Below, one piece after another: positions 19,853 to 27,383 of a DNA stretch of 32,000 nucleotides. The DNA is from Vibrio alginolyticus NBRC 15630 = ATCC 17749 (GTDB lineage Bacteria > Pseudomonadota > Gammaproteobacteria > Enterobacterales > Vibrionaceae). The stretch is from positions 3,240,001-3,272,000 of the forward strand of contig NC_022349.1 in assembly GCF_000354175.2 (NCBI RefSeq), read 5' to 3'. Below the pieces are notes generated by a model. The model was given only the letters and a program-made list of their open reading frames with translations, was not told the DNA's origin and searched no databases. The position numbers and the translations under genes were made by a program. The first letter of the stretch is position 1, and each line of letters opens with the position of its first letter.

Positions 19853-19977
19853 AAAAAAATATCGTGGTATAGCCGGGGGGACTATACCACGGGTGTCAAG
19901 GACACCTTCGCTTGCTGCCGGAGTGACATGTTGCCATGCCACCTCTGGAATTTATTAGAGAGGTTGCCCTCTCGATG
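19853..19977 (-). ncRNA. tfoR: Candidate Hfq-type small RNA (TfoR-like) ending in a strong intrinsic terminator; 5' end uncertain
   Basis: On the minus strand there are four consecutive hairpins. SL1 is GAGAGG-GCAA-CCUCUC (19973-19958). SL2 spans 19948-19918 with a GCAA loop. SL3 is GGUGUC-CUU-GACACC (19906-19892). The terminator is CGUGGUAUAG-UCCCCCCGG-CUAUACCACG (19891-19863) followed by AUAUUUUUUU (to 19853). An AU-rich single-stranded linker UAAUAAAUU is present. A possible -10 TATAGT lies at 19989-19984. Strand and name are inferences. Confidence 0.45.
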
Positions 19978-20261
19978 GAGTAACTATACGAGAGGTTACT
20001 TATTTTTCTTATAAAAATAACGCCATGTTTATATGAGAAAAGCGACAACGTTTTGTTTTTTAATTAACCCACTGTTTTAATTTGCATTTTTTGTTTTCTA
20101 TCTTGGTTTGTGACATTTTTGTTTCGTTAGGTGTCATTTTTAATTGTTAATTTTGACGTAAATAACGAGAGGAAATTTACGAAGTTAACGTTTGAAAGCG
20201 TGAAAACATTTACGGAATCTTTGATTTCACACAAGGATTGAAGGGGTATAGGGGAGTAATA

Positions 20262-20300
20262 TTGGCAACCTAAACTTATTAAATAATAATATTTCTCATT
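20262..20300 (+). promoter_or_regulatory. Putative feoABC sigma70 promoter with an overlapping Fur box
   Basis: -35 TTGGCA (20262-20267), a 16-nt spacer, then -10 TAATAA (20284-20289). AATAATAATATTTCTCATT (20282-20300) matches the Fur consensus GATAATGATAATCATTATC at 12/19 by my count and covers the -10. Confidence 0.45.
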
Positions 20301-20322
20301 AGCAATACTCTTAAGGGCCACT

Positions 20323-20550
20323 ATGAAGTTATCAGAGATTAATCCTGGCGATACGGTGACGATTCGGTTGTTAGATGGTCTTTCATCAGATATCAGAAAG
20401 AAACTCATGGTAATGGGGCTGCTTCCCAATACAGAAGTCAAAGTGATTCGACGTGCGCCAATGGGCGATCCTTTACAAGTCGAAGTCCGTGGTGTGTCTG
20501 TCGCATTGCGAGAAACAATTGCTCAGAAAATTGAAGTGGAGCGAGTGTAA
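20323..20550 (+). CDS. feoA: Ferrous iron transport protein A
   Basis: 75-aa SH3-like FeoA (GDTVTIRLL...LMVMGLLPNTEVKVIRRAPMGDPLQV). AAGGG RBS is present. The stop overlaps the feoB ATG (TAATG). Confidence 0.93.
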   Translation: MKLSEINPGDTVTIRLLDGLSSDIRKKLMVMGLLPNTEVKVIRRAPMGDPLQVEVRGVSVALRETIAQKIEVERV

Positions 20551-22826
20551 TGCAATATCAAGTGCTAACCGTAGGTAACCCTAATAGTGGTAAAACGACG
20601 CTATTTAATGGTTTAACTGGCGCAAAACAGCAAGTTGGTAACTGGGCAGGCGTCACGGTTGAAAAGAAAACGGGACAATTCAAGCATGCTGGGGATGAGT
20701 TTTTGCTCACTGACCTTCCGGGTATTTACTCATTAGACAGTGGTAATGATAGTAATAGTATTGATGAATCCATCGCATCGCGTGCGGTTCTAACTCATCC
20801 TGCTGATCTCATTATTAACGTGGTGGATGCTACAAGTTTAGAGCGCAGCTTATATATGACGCTGCAACTTCGCGAACTTGGTCGCCCTATGATTGTTGTC
20901 CTCAACAAGATGGATGCGCTAAAGCGTGAACGTCAGATGATTAACGTTGCAGAGCTTGAGAAAACGTTAGGTTGTCCGGTTGTCAGTTTATCTGCAACCA
21001 ATAAAACTCAAGTGGCAGAGTTTAAAGAAAAGCTTCATAAATCCATCGTTCAAGGAGTGCCACTTAAAGAATTGTCTTTGCATTACGGTGAGAAGATGGA
21101 GTCGGCAATTCAAACGGTTTCCGCACTTTTTAACGACCAAAACGTCGCTCATCGTGCACTAGCGATTCGTGCGCTTGAAAAAGACACAATGGTGCTCAAT
21201 AGTCTTTCTGATATTGATAGAAGCAAAGTCTTGGAAGTCATTACGACGTTAGATTTGGATATCGATTTGCATGTCGCGGATACTAAGTACACGCATCTGC
21301 ATGAACAGTGTAAAAAAGTTCGCCGAAGCGAAGGCAAGTTAAGTCGTAGTGTGACTGAAAGACTCGACCAGTTTATTTTGAACAAGTGGATTGGAATTCC
21401 TTTCTTCTTTGTTGTTATGTACCTGATGTTTATGTTCTCGATTAACATCGGTAGTGCATTTATCGACTTTTTTGACATTGGTGCGGGCGCATTGTTGGTT
21501 GATGGTGGACATCACTTGTTAGATGGTCACCTACCTGTTTGGCTGGTTACGGTGATTGCTGATGGTTTAGGCGGCGGTATTCAAACGGTTGCTACCTTCA
21601 TTCCGGTTATCGCGTGTTTGTACCTGTTCCTAGCGGTACTTGAGAGCTCAGGTTACATGGCTCGTGCTGCGTTCGTGCTCGATAAAGTCATGCAGAAAAT
21701 CGGCCTACCGGGCAAAGCATTTGTACCGTTGGTTCTTGGTTTTGGCTGTAACGTACCATCAATCATGGCGACTCGTACTCTAGACCAAGAACGTGAGCGT
21801 AAACTGGCTGCATCTATGGCGCCATTTATGTCATGTGGTGCTCGTCTGCCTGTATACGCGCTATTCGCTGCGGCATTCTTCCCAGGTTCTGGCCAGAACA
21901 TTGTATTCGCACTTTACCTACTTGGTATTGTGGCAGCGATCTTCACAGGTCTTTTCCTTAAGCACACGCTTTACCCAGGTAGCAGCGATAGCCTAGTGAT
22001 GGAAATGCCAGATTACGAGCTTCCGACGCTACAAAACGTGGTGATCAAAACTTGGCAAAAGCTAAAGCGCTTTGTACTTGGTGCAGGTAAAACCATCGTT
22101 ATCGTTGTTGCTATTCTGAGTTTCTTCAACTCATTGGGTACTGATGGCAGTTTTGGTAATGAAGACAGCGAAAACTCGGTGCTTTCTAAAGCTGCGCAAG
22201 TTGTAACTCCAGTATTCGCGCCAATCGGTGTTCAAGAAGATAACTGGCCAGCGACGGTTGGTATCATTACCGGTATCTTCGCAAAAGAGGCGGTAGTTGG
22301 TACGCTTAACAGTCTATACACCACGCCAAGTGACGGTGAAGACGCAGAATTTGATCTAATGGGCAGCCTAGAAGAGGCAGTAATGAGTATCCCTGAAAAC
22401 TTAGCCGGTTTGAGCTACTCAGATCCACTAGGCATTGAAGTGGGTGACTTAACTGACTCAAATGCCGTTGCCGAAGAACAAGAAGTCGATGCTTCTATCT
22501 TCGGTAACATTAAATCGCAGTTTGCTTCTGGCAATGCCGCATTTGCTTACCTAATCTTTATCCTACTGTACACTCCTTGTGTGGCGGCGATGGGTGCTTA
22601 CGTACGTGAGTTTGGTCATAAGTTCGCACGCTTTATCGCGGTTTGGACAATGGGCTTGGCTTACCTATGTGCGACGTTCTACAACCAATTGACGCATTTC
22701 GCAGATAGCCCAGTGACAAGTGGTATTTGGATGGCTGTGATCGTTGCTATCTTCTTTGGTACCTACCGCGTGTTCAAACAAGTTGGTAAGAAACAAAACG
22801 GTGCATTAGAGGCGCAAGTAGCATGA
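20550..22826 (+). CDS. feoB: Ferrous iron transporter B (N-terminal G-domain plus polytopic permease)
   Basis: 758-aa product with G1 GNPNSGKTT, G3 DLPG and G4 NKMD, followed by a multi-TM gate region (GFGCNVPSIMATR, LLYTPCVAAMG). Confidence 0.97.
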   Translation: MQYQVLTVGNPNSGKTTLFNGLTGAKQQVGNWAGVTVEKKTGQFKHAGDEFLLTDLPGIYSLDSGNDSNSIDESIASRAVLTHPADLIINVVDATSLERSLYMTLQLRELGRPMIVVLNKMDALKRERQMINVAELEKTLGCPVVSLSATNKTQVAEFKEKLHKSIVQGVPLKELSLHYGEKMESAIQTVSALFNDQNVAHRALAIRALEKDTMVLNSLSDIDRSKVLEVITTLDLDIDLHVADTKYTHLHEQCKKVRRSEGKLSRSVTERLDQFILNKWIGIPFFFVVMYLMFMFSINIGSAFIDFFDIGAGALLVDGGHHLLDGHLPVWLVTVIADGLGGGIQTVATFIPVIACLYLFLAVLESSGYMARAAFVLDKVMQKIGLPGKAFVPLVLGFGCNVPSIMATRTLDQERERKLAASMAPFMSCGARLPVYALFAAAFFPGSGQNIVFALYLLGIVAAIFTGLFLKHTLYPGSSDSLVMEMPDYELPTLQNVVIKTWQKLKRFVLGAGKTIVIVVAILSFFNSLGTDGSFGNEDSENSVLSKAAQVVTPVFAPIGVQEDNWPATVGIITGIFAKEAVVGTLNSLYTTPSDGEDAEFDLMGSLEEAVMSIPENLAGLSYSDPLGIEVGDLTDSNAVAEEQEVDASIFGNIKSQFASGNAAFAYLIFILLYTPCVAAMGAYVREFGHKFARFIAVWTMGLAYLCATFYNQLTHFADSPVTSGIWMAVIVAIFFGTYRVFKQVGKKQNGALEAQVA

Positions 22827-23053
22827 TTTTAAAAGAGCTTTATCAATACATTGCAGACAAAGGAACCGTCTCCCAGTCAGATCTGGCTAAACAGTTTGGG
22901 ATGAGTGAAGATGGCGCCGACGCGATGTTAAACGTGTGGATTAAGAAGGGCAAAATTAGCCGCCTAGTCGACACTAATAAAGCTCATGACGTGACTCGTG
23001 TTCGCTACTCAGTGACTAAACAAGATGGTTTGTCTTTGACAGTCACCATGTAG
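22823..23053 (+). CDS. feoC: FeoC-like winged-helix protein (Cys-less)
   Basis: 76-aa ORF overlapping the feoB stop (ATGA). It has the winged-helix pattern LKELYQYIADKGTVSQSDLAKQFGMSEDGADAMLNVWIKKGKI. There is no cysteine anywhere in the product. Confidence 0.8.
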   Translation: MILKELYQYIADKGTVSQSDLAKQFGMSEDGADAMLNVWIKKGKISRLVDTNKAHDVTRVRYSVTKQDGLSLTVTM

Positions 23054-23100
23054 CGATTGTCAAAATTAGTCACCTAAAAAGTTATTACGTAAAAACGACA

Positions 23101-23135
23101 AAGCCGCATCAGCAATGATGCGGCTTTTCTTTTGC
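23101..23135. terminator. Bidirectional intrinsic terminator between convergent feoC and the YqhA-family gene
   Basis: AAGCCGCATC (23101-23110) pairs with GATGCGGCTT (23117-23126) around loop AGCAAT. TTCTTTTG lies downstream and an A-rich stretch upstream. Confidence 0.85.
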
Positions 23136-23162
23136 TGGTTATTGTTTGTGAATACAGCGAAA

Positions 23163-23684
23163 TTAATGCTCTTCAGAGTGTTTAGTCGCGCCTAACCCTA
23201 GGAACTTCAAACCAAGACTTAAAACTAAAATCGAAATAGGTAATGTTAAGATCGTCCAATCTAAGCTGTCGAAGTTAATCAGCACGAGCTCTAAGAACTT
23301 CACAAACAAGATCACGATGATGACTTCAGCCAAAATGTTTTTTAGGTGGCCGATGTTTGGGGTTCTGATCCAATGCAAAACCGACGGTTCTTGTGTTTTC
23401 GCTTTAGCTTTGTTGGAAATAAACAGTGTGTAGATGCCGTGAGCAAAGATGAACAAAACTAGTGCGACAAGAAACGTATCCAGTGACTTGATCAAATATG
23501 CGATCGCGATGTCTGCTTTATCTAAATGTGCGAGTGCTTCTGGAGGTGTTTGATTAAGAATGAAGACCGCAAATGCCGAATAGGTTTTTGCTGCGCCCAT
23601 AAGAAAAAGCAAGAATGAAGCAGCCATAGAACAGATAATGGCGATCCAGCTGACGTATCGGAATGTGTTGAAGACTTGTTTCAT
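23163..23684 (-). CDS. YqhA/UPF0114-family inner-membrane protein
   Basis: The track ORF opens on TTG at 23720. ATG at 23682-23684 (MKQVFNTFRYVSW...) has GAGAGGG 6 nt upstream (173 aa). It has four hydrophobic helices, and the segment LIKSLDTFLVALVLFIFAHGIYTLFIS parallels the E. coli YqhA core. Confidence 0.75.
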   Translation of the reverse strand: MKQVFNTFRYVSWIAIICSMAASFLLFLMGAAKTYSAFAVFILNQTPPEALAHLDKADIAIAYLIKSLDTFLVALVLFIFAHGIYTLFISNKAKAKTQEPSVLHWIRTPNIGHLKNILAEVIIVILFVKFLELVLINFDSLDWTILTLPISILVLSLGLKFLGLGATKHSEEH

Positions 23685-23746
23685 GATGACCCTCTCTAAC
23701 TGAGCTGGTAGTCTAAACAAGTTTTATTTTAGTGATAATCCCAGAA

Positions 23747-23786
23747 AAATGAGAAAGATTGTTACAAATACGTATTAATCTTTCTC
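23747..23786 (-). terminator. Intrinsic terminator after the HIT-family gene
   Basis: A perfect 10-bp inverted repeat, GAGAAAGATT (23751-23760) and AATCTTTCTC (23777-23786), with a 16-nt loop. On the minus strand it is followed by AUUUUUCU. Confidence 0.6.
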
Positions 23787-23834
23787 TGTCTATTTCAGCC
23801 GTATTCAAAGGCGAATTATTTTCGCTAGCAGTGC

Positions 23835-24263
23835 TTATGCTTTTTGGAAAATAGAGCTCAGTGACAGCACATTTTTAATGCGACCAAGCAATTCGTTTTG
23901 CTCTTCTTCTGTACGGAATTCACCTTTGGTGTTCCCCCAAACCGGTCCCGGCCATGCTACGTCATCTTTGAAGCGAGCAATATGGTGAATGTGCAGCTGT
24001 GGCACCATATTACCTAGCGCACCAAGGTTTAGCTTGTCTGGACGGAATGTTGCTTCCAGTGCTTGGCTTACCGCTTGAGACTCTAGCAAAAACTGTTGCT
24101 GTTCTTGCATTGGCAAGTGGTGAAGCTCTTTTAGGTTTGCACGTTTAGGGACCAAGATAACCCATGGCACGGCGTTATCTTTATGCAGAAGCGCCACACA
24201 CAGTGGGAAGTGGCCGATAACGGTGGTGTCTTTTGCCAGTTGAGGGTGCAGTTCAAAACTCAT
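23835..24263 (-). CDS. HIT-family (histidine triad) hydrolase
   Basis: The track ORF opens on TTG at 24314. ATG at 24261-24263 gives MSFELHPQLAKDT (142 aa). The histidine-triad region is NMVPQLHIHHIAR, and the upstream block is PWVILVPKR. Confidence 0.75.
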   Translation of the reverse strand: MSFELHPQLAKDTTVIGHFPLCVALLHKDNAVPWVILVPKRANLKELHHLPMQEQQQFLLESQAVSQALEATFRPDKLNLGALGNMVPQLHIHHIARFKDDVAWPGPVWGNTKGEFRTEEEQNELLGRIKNVLSLSSIFQKA

Positions 24264-24303
24264 TATGTTGTCCGATTTGAATTGAATGACATCAGTATAC
24301 GCC

Positions 24304-24341
24304 AGATAAAACAAAAGGTTGACGCTTTCACGTCAACCTTT
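24304..24341 (-). terminator. Intrinsic terminator after argS
   Basis: AAAGGTTGACG (24314-24324) pairs with CGTCAACCTTT (24331-24341). On the minus strand the stem is followed by UUUUGUUUU. Confidence 0.75.
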
Positions 24342-24387
24342 GTCATCATTTAGCTTGTGCTACTTAAGCTACCTACGTAAAAGCGGA

Positions 24388-26121
24388 TTACATACGCTCT
24401 AGAGTATCAATACCTAGTAGAGACAGACCTTGCTTGATGGTCTTCGCTGTTAGCGCTGCTAGTTTCAGGCGGCTTTGTTTCACTGCTTCGTCTTCAGCAA
24501 CTAGGATAGGGCATGCTTCGTAGAAGCTAGAGAACTGACCTGCTAGTTCGAATAGGTAGCTACACATGATGTGTGGTTGGCCTTCGCGAGCGACAGATTG
24601 AACCGCTTCTTCGAACTGCATAAGCTTAGCAATAAGTGCTTTCTCTTTCTCATCAGTGATTTTGATGTCACCTTGGAGAGCGTCCATAGCAACACCAGCT
24701 TTAGCGAAAATAGAAGCTACGCGAGTGTATGCATATTGCATGTATGGTGCTGTGTTACCTTCAAACGCTAACATGTTGTCCCAATCGAACACGTAGTCAG
24801 TCGTACGGTGTTTAGATAAGTCAGAGTATTTAACCGCTGCCATTGCAACTGTTTTAGAGATCTTCTCTTTTTCTTCCGCATCTAGTTCAGGGTTTTTAGA
24901 TTCGATCAGCTGTGCTGCACGAACTTCTGCTTCATCTAGAAGGTCGGCAAGACGAACCGTACCGCCCGCACGAGTCTTGAATGGCTTACCATCTTTACCA
25001 AGCATCATGCCGAACGCGTGGTGCTCAAGAGATACTGACTCAGGTACGTAGCCTGCTTTACGAACAATTGTCCAAGCTTGCATTAGGTGCTGGTGTTGAC
25101 GTGAGTCGATGAAGTAAAGCACACGGTCTGCGCTTAGCTCTTCATAACGATATTTTGCACATGCGATGTCTGTTGTTGTGTATAGGAAACCGCCATCGCG
25201 TTTTTGAACGATAACGCCCATTGGTTCGCCATCTTTGTTCTTGTATTCATCTAGGAATACAACTTGCGCGCCATCATCTTCAACGGCAAGACCTTGTTCT
25301 TTTAGGTCTGCAACGATCTTAGGAAGCATGTCGTTGTACATGCTCTCGCCCATCACGTCGTCACGAGTCAGTGACACGTTTAGACGGTCGTAGTTGCGCT
25401 GGTTTTGGATCATGGTTACATCAACGAGTTTTTTCCACATTTCTGCACAGTACTCGTCACCGCTTTGCAGTTTCACAACGTAGTTTCGCGCCTTTACTGC
25501 GAAGTCTTCATCTTCGTCGTACAGTTTTTTCGATTCGCGGTAGAAGCCTTCAAGGTCCGCAAGTTCCATAGAAACTTCGCCAGACTCTTGTTGTACACGC
25601 TCAAGGTTTGCGATAAGCATACCGAACTGAGTACCCCAGTCGCCGATGTGGTTCGCACGGATCACTTTGTGACCTAGGAACTCAAGAGTACGTACTACCG
25701 CATCACCGATGATGGTTGAACGTAGGTGACCAACGTGCATTTCTTTAGCAACGTTTGGTGCAGAGTAGTCAGCAACGATAGTTTGAGCTTCGTCTGCTGC
25801 AACGCCAAGACGTGAGTCAGCCAGTGCTGCTTCCGCTTGTTTTGCTAGGAACTCTTCGCTTAGGAAAATGTTGATGAAACCAGGACCAGCGATTTCTGTC
25901 TTGCTTGCAATACCATCTAGGTCTAGAACATCCAGTACTTTCTGTGCAAATTCTCGTGGGTTAGTACCCAGTTTTTTAGCAACGCCCATTACGCCGTTTG
26001 CTTGGTAGTCACCAAATTGTGGCTTTGCTGATTGGCGTACTGCCGCAGGACTGCCTGCAGGTGCGCCAGCGGCTTCTAGAGCCTGAGATACTTTGTCATT
26101 AATAAGTGCTTGGATATTCAC
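24388..26121 (-). CDS. argS: Arginine--tRNA ligase
   Basis: The track ORF opens on TTG at 26136. GTG at 26119-26121 gives (M)[10 protein letters not shown], matching the E. coli ArgS N-terminus MNIQALLSEKV, with AAGGA 7 nt upstream (577 aa). The HIGH-type motif [15 protein letters not shown] is present and the product is collinear to its end (LGIDTLERM). Confidence 0.95.
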   Translation of the reverse strand: MNIQALINDKVSQALEAAGAPAGSPAAVRQSAKPQFGDYQANGVMGVAKKLGTNPREFAQKVLDVLDLDGIASKTEIAGPGFINIFLSEEFLAKQAEAALADSRLGVAADEAQTIVADYSAPNVAKEMHVGHLRSTIIGDAVVRTLEFLGHKVIRANHIGDWGTQFGMLIANLERVQQESGEVSMELADLEGFYRESKKLYDEDEDFAVKARNYVVKLQSGDEYCAEMWKKLVDVTMIQNQRNYDRLNVSLTRDDVMGESMYNDMLPKIVADLKEQGLAVEDDGAQVVFLDEYKNKDGEPMGVIVQKRDGGFLYTTTDIACAKYRYEELSADRVLYFIDSRQHQHLMQAWTIVRKAGYVPESVSLEHHAFGMMLGKDGKPFKTRAGGTVRLADLLDEAEVRAAQLIESKNPELDAEEKEKISKTVAMAAVKYSDLSKHRTTDYVFDWDNMLAFEGNTAPYMQYAYTRVASIFAKAGVAMDALQGDIKITDEKEKALIAKLMQFEEAVQSVAREGQPHIMCSYLFELAGQFSSFYEACPILVAEDEAVKQSRLKLAALTAKTIKQGLSLLGIDTLERM

Positions 26122-26341
26122 ACGCGTTTCCTTCAATTCAAGGACGAAGAACTCGGCGAAGTAAGTGCCGAGTTCTGTTGGAGTTCACAAAAATGGGGCT
26201 AATGATAACAACTTTATTGCTTTTCATACAGAGAGGAATTGGGGAAATTTATACTTTTTCGATTGAATGGAAATGTGGTTTGGTTTGCGTTTACTATTGC
26301 GCTCAGAGTAATGAGATAAATCGCCCCATAAGAGAGCCACA

Positions 26342-26938
26342 ATGACGACTCAACTAGTTGAAAAACGCCTAGCGCCTAAATTGATGATCCAAGATCTGGA
26401 TGCATTTATGGCGAAGATTGAAGAGCTTGCATCCCTGTTAAAACTGGATCTGAGCTTTGCTCAAGCTGACCATATTGCGCTGCGAATTAATGATACTGAA
26501 ACAGCAAAAGCCGCGCATGAAGCATGGAATCAATACGGTAAGGTGATTTCACAAGCGAAAATCAACGGTCGCCCAATCATCGTTATCGAATTCGATAAAG
26601 CGTTGGAAAGCCGTGGTTGGAAGATTGAGTGTCTGGAACTGCCATACCCTGCGGAAGGCAAAATCTACCCAAATGAAAGCTGGGAACATGTGGAGTTTGT
26701 GATTCCGTCTCATGCCGAAACTGCAGACGAGTTTCTTGCTGATTTGAAACACACTTACCCAGCGTTTGGCGCGCGTTTTAATGAGTTGGAAGAGCTGGGT
26801 GTGAAGATCAAACTGTCGAGCCCGAAAGGGGATGGCGAACGCTTGAATAACCCAACAGTGGCGTTTAAGTACCAAGGCATTTGTATCAAACTGCACCCGC
26901 ATTCACTTAAGCGTATTGTGGAGTCTGAGCAGGCGTAA
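26342..26938 (+). CDS. yecM: YecM-family VOC-fold metal-binding protein
   Basis: 198-aa product with blocks ADHIALR, INGRPI, WEHVEFVIP, SSPKG..ERL.NPT and ESEQA shared with E. coli YecM. It is divergent from argS as in E. coli. Confidence 0.85.
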   Translation: MTTQLVEKRLAPKLMIQDLDAFMAKIEELASLLKLDLSFAQADHIALRINDTETAKAAHEAWNQYGKVISQAKINGRPIIVIEFDKALESRGWKIECLELPYPAEGKIYPNESWEHVEFVIPSHAETADEFLADLKHTYPAFGARFNELEELGVKIKLSSPKGDGERLNNPTVAFKYQGICIKLHPHSLKRIVESEQA

Positions 26939-26973
26939 AACGCTAGGGTGAGAATTGCTGAGTTGCGATAGGC

Positions 26974-26998
26974 AAAAAGGGAGCCGAGGCTCCCTTTC
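26974..26998. terminator. Bidirectional intrinsic terminator between yecM and the protease-lipoprotein unit
   Basis: AAAGGGAGC-CGAG-GCTCCCTTT (26976-26997). The minus-strand reading is followed by UUUUUGCC and the plus-strand reading by UUUCGU. Confidence 0.8.
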
Positions 26999-27010
26999 GT
27001 AAGCGAATCA

Positions 27011-27379
27011 CTATTTAGCCAGTGACTTGCTTTTTGGGTTGGTAATGGAAAGTTTTTTGCCTTTCAACTCTTCATCTAAAGGCAGTGTAAAAGTTTTGGC
27101 AAACGGCATTCGTTTACAATGATCCGCCTTGTCTCTAACGATAGTAATAAGAGCTTCTGTCTGTGAGCTTTGCTCTATTTTTAGGCTAAAGTCCTCGTTT
27201 TCACTGCAGCCGTTAGACTCTGTGATAAATGAAATTTGACTCTCACTTGTCCTATAAGTCTCTACCATCATTGCTTGGTGCTCAGACGTCTGGTTTGTTT
27301 GCAGTCCTGCGTTTGCTGAACATGCAGTTAAACTGATAGTGCCCAAACCAAGTAGGAATATCTTGAGTCTATGTTTCAT
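27011..27379 (-). CDS. Small predicted outer-membrane lipoprotein, no family recognised
   Basis: 122-aa product with a signal peptide and lipobox (MKHRLKIFLLGLGTISLTAC, Ser at +2). The mature part has two further Cys (C58, C88). Its start lies 4 nt after the protease stop on the same strand. Confidence 0.7.
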   Translation of the reverse strand: MKHRLKIFLLGLGTISLTACSANAGLQTNQTSEHQAMMVETYRTSESQISFITESNGCSENEDFSLKIEQSSQTEALITIVRDKADHCKRMPFAKTFTLPLDEELKGKKLSITNPKSKSLAK

Positions 27380-27383
27380 CTCG

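Noticed and set aside
19706-19942. 78-aa minus-strand ORF in the tfoS-feoA spacer.
   Set aside because: It has no RBS and an odd composition (MAWQHVTPAASEGVLDTRGIVPPAIPRYFFHLF...). It overlaps the helices of the RNA candidate, so it is most likely an artefact of an RNA gene or intergenic DNA.
19861-20010. Plus-strand reading of the same structured region as a feoA leader attenuator or riboswitch, or as a plus-strand sRNA ending at TATTTTTCTT.
   Set aside because: The plus-strand terminator candidates are weak: a 6-7 bp AU-rich stem, or a 7-bp stem with a 14-nt loop and a 5-nt gap before the U-tract. The loops read UUGC rather than GNRA. feoA has its own promoter-like and Fur-box elements about 300 nt further downstream. 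I keep it as an alternative, but the minus strand fits better.
20127-20441. 104-aa minus-strand ORF overlapping the feoA start.
   Set aside because: It is antisense to a well-supported feoA and runs through AT-rich promoter DNA. It has a low-complexity, hydrophobic-poor sequence with no RBS.
26106-26345. 79-aa plus-strand ORF spanning the argS-yecM spacer.
   Set aside because: It starts inside the argS 5' end on the opposite strand and runs through promoter DNA into the yecM start. It has no RBS and a non-protein-like sequence.
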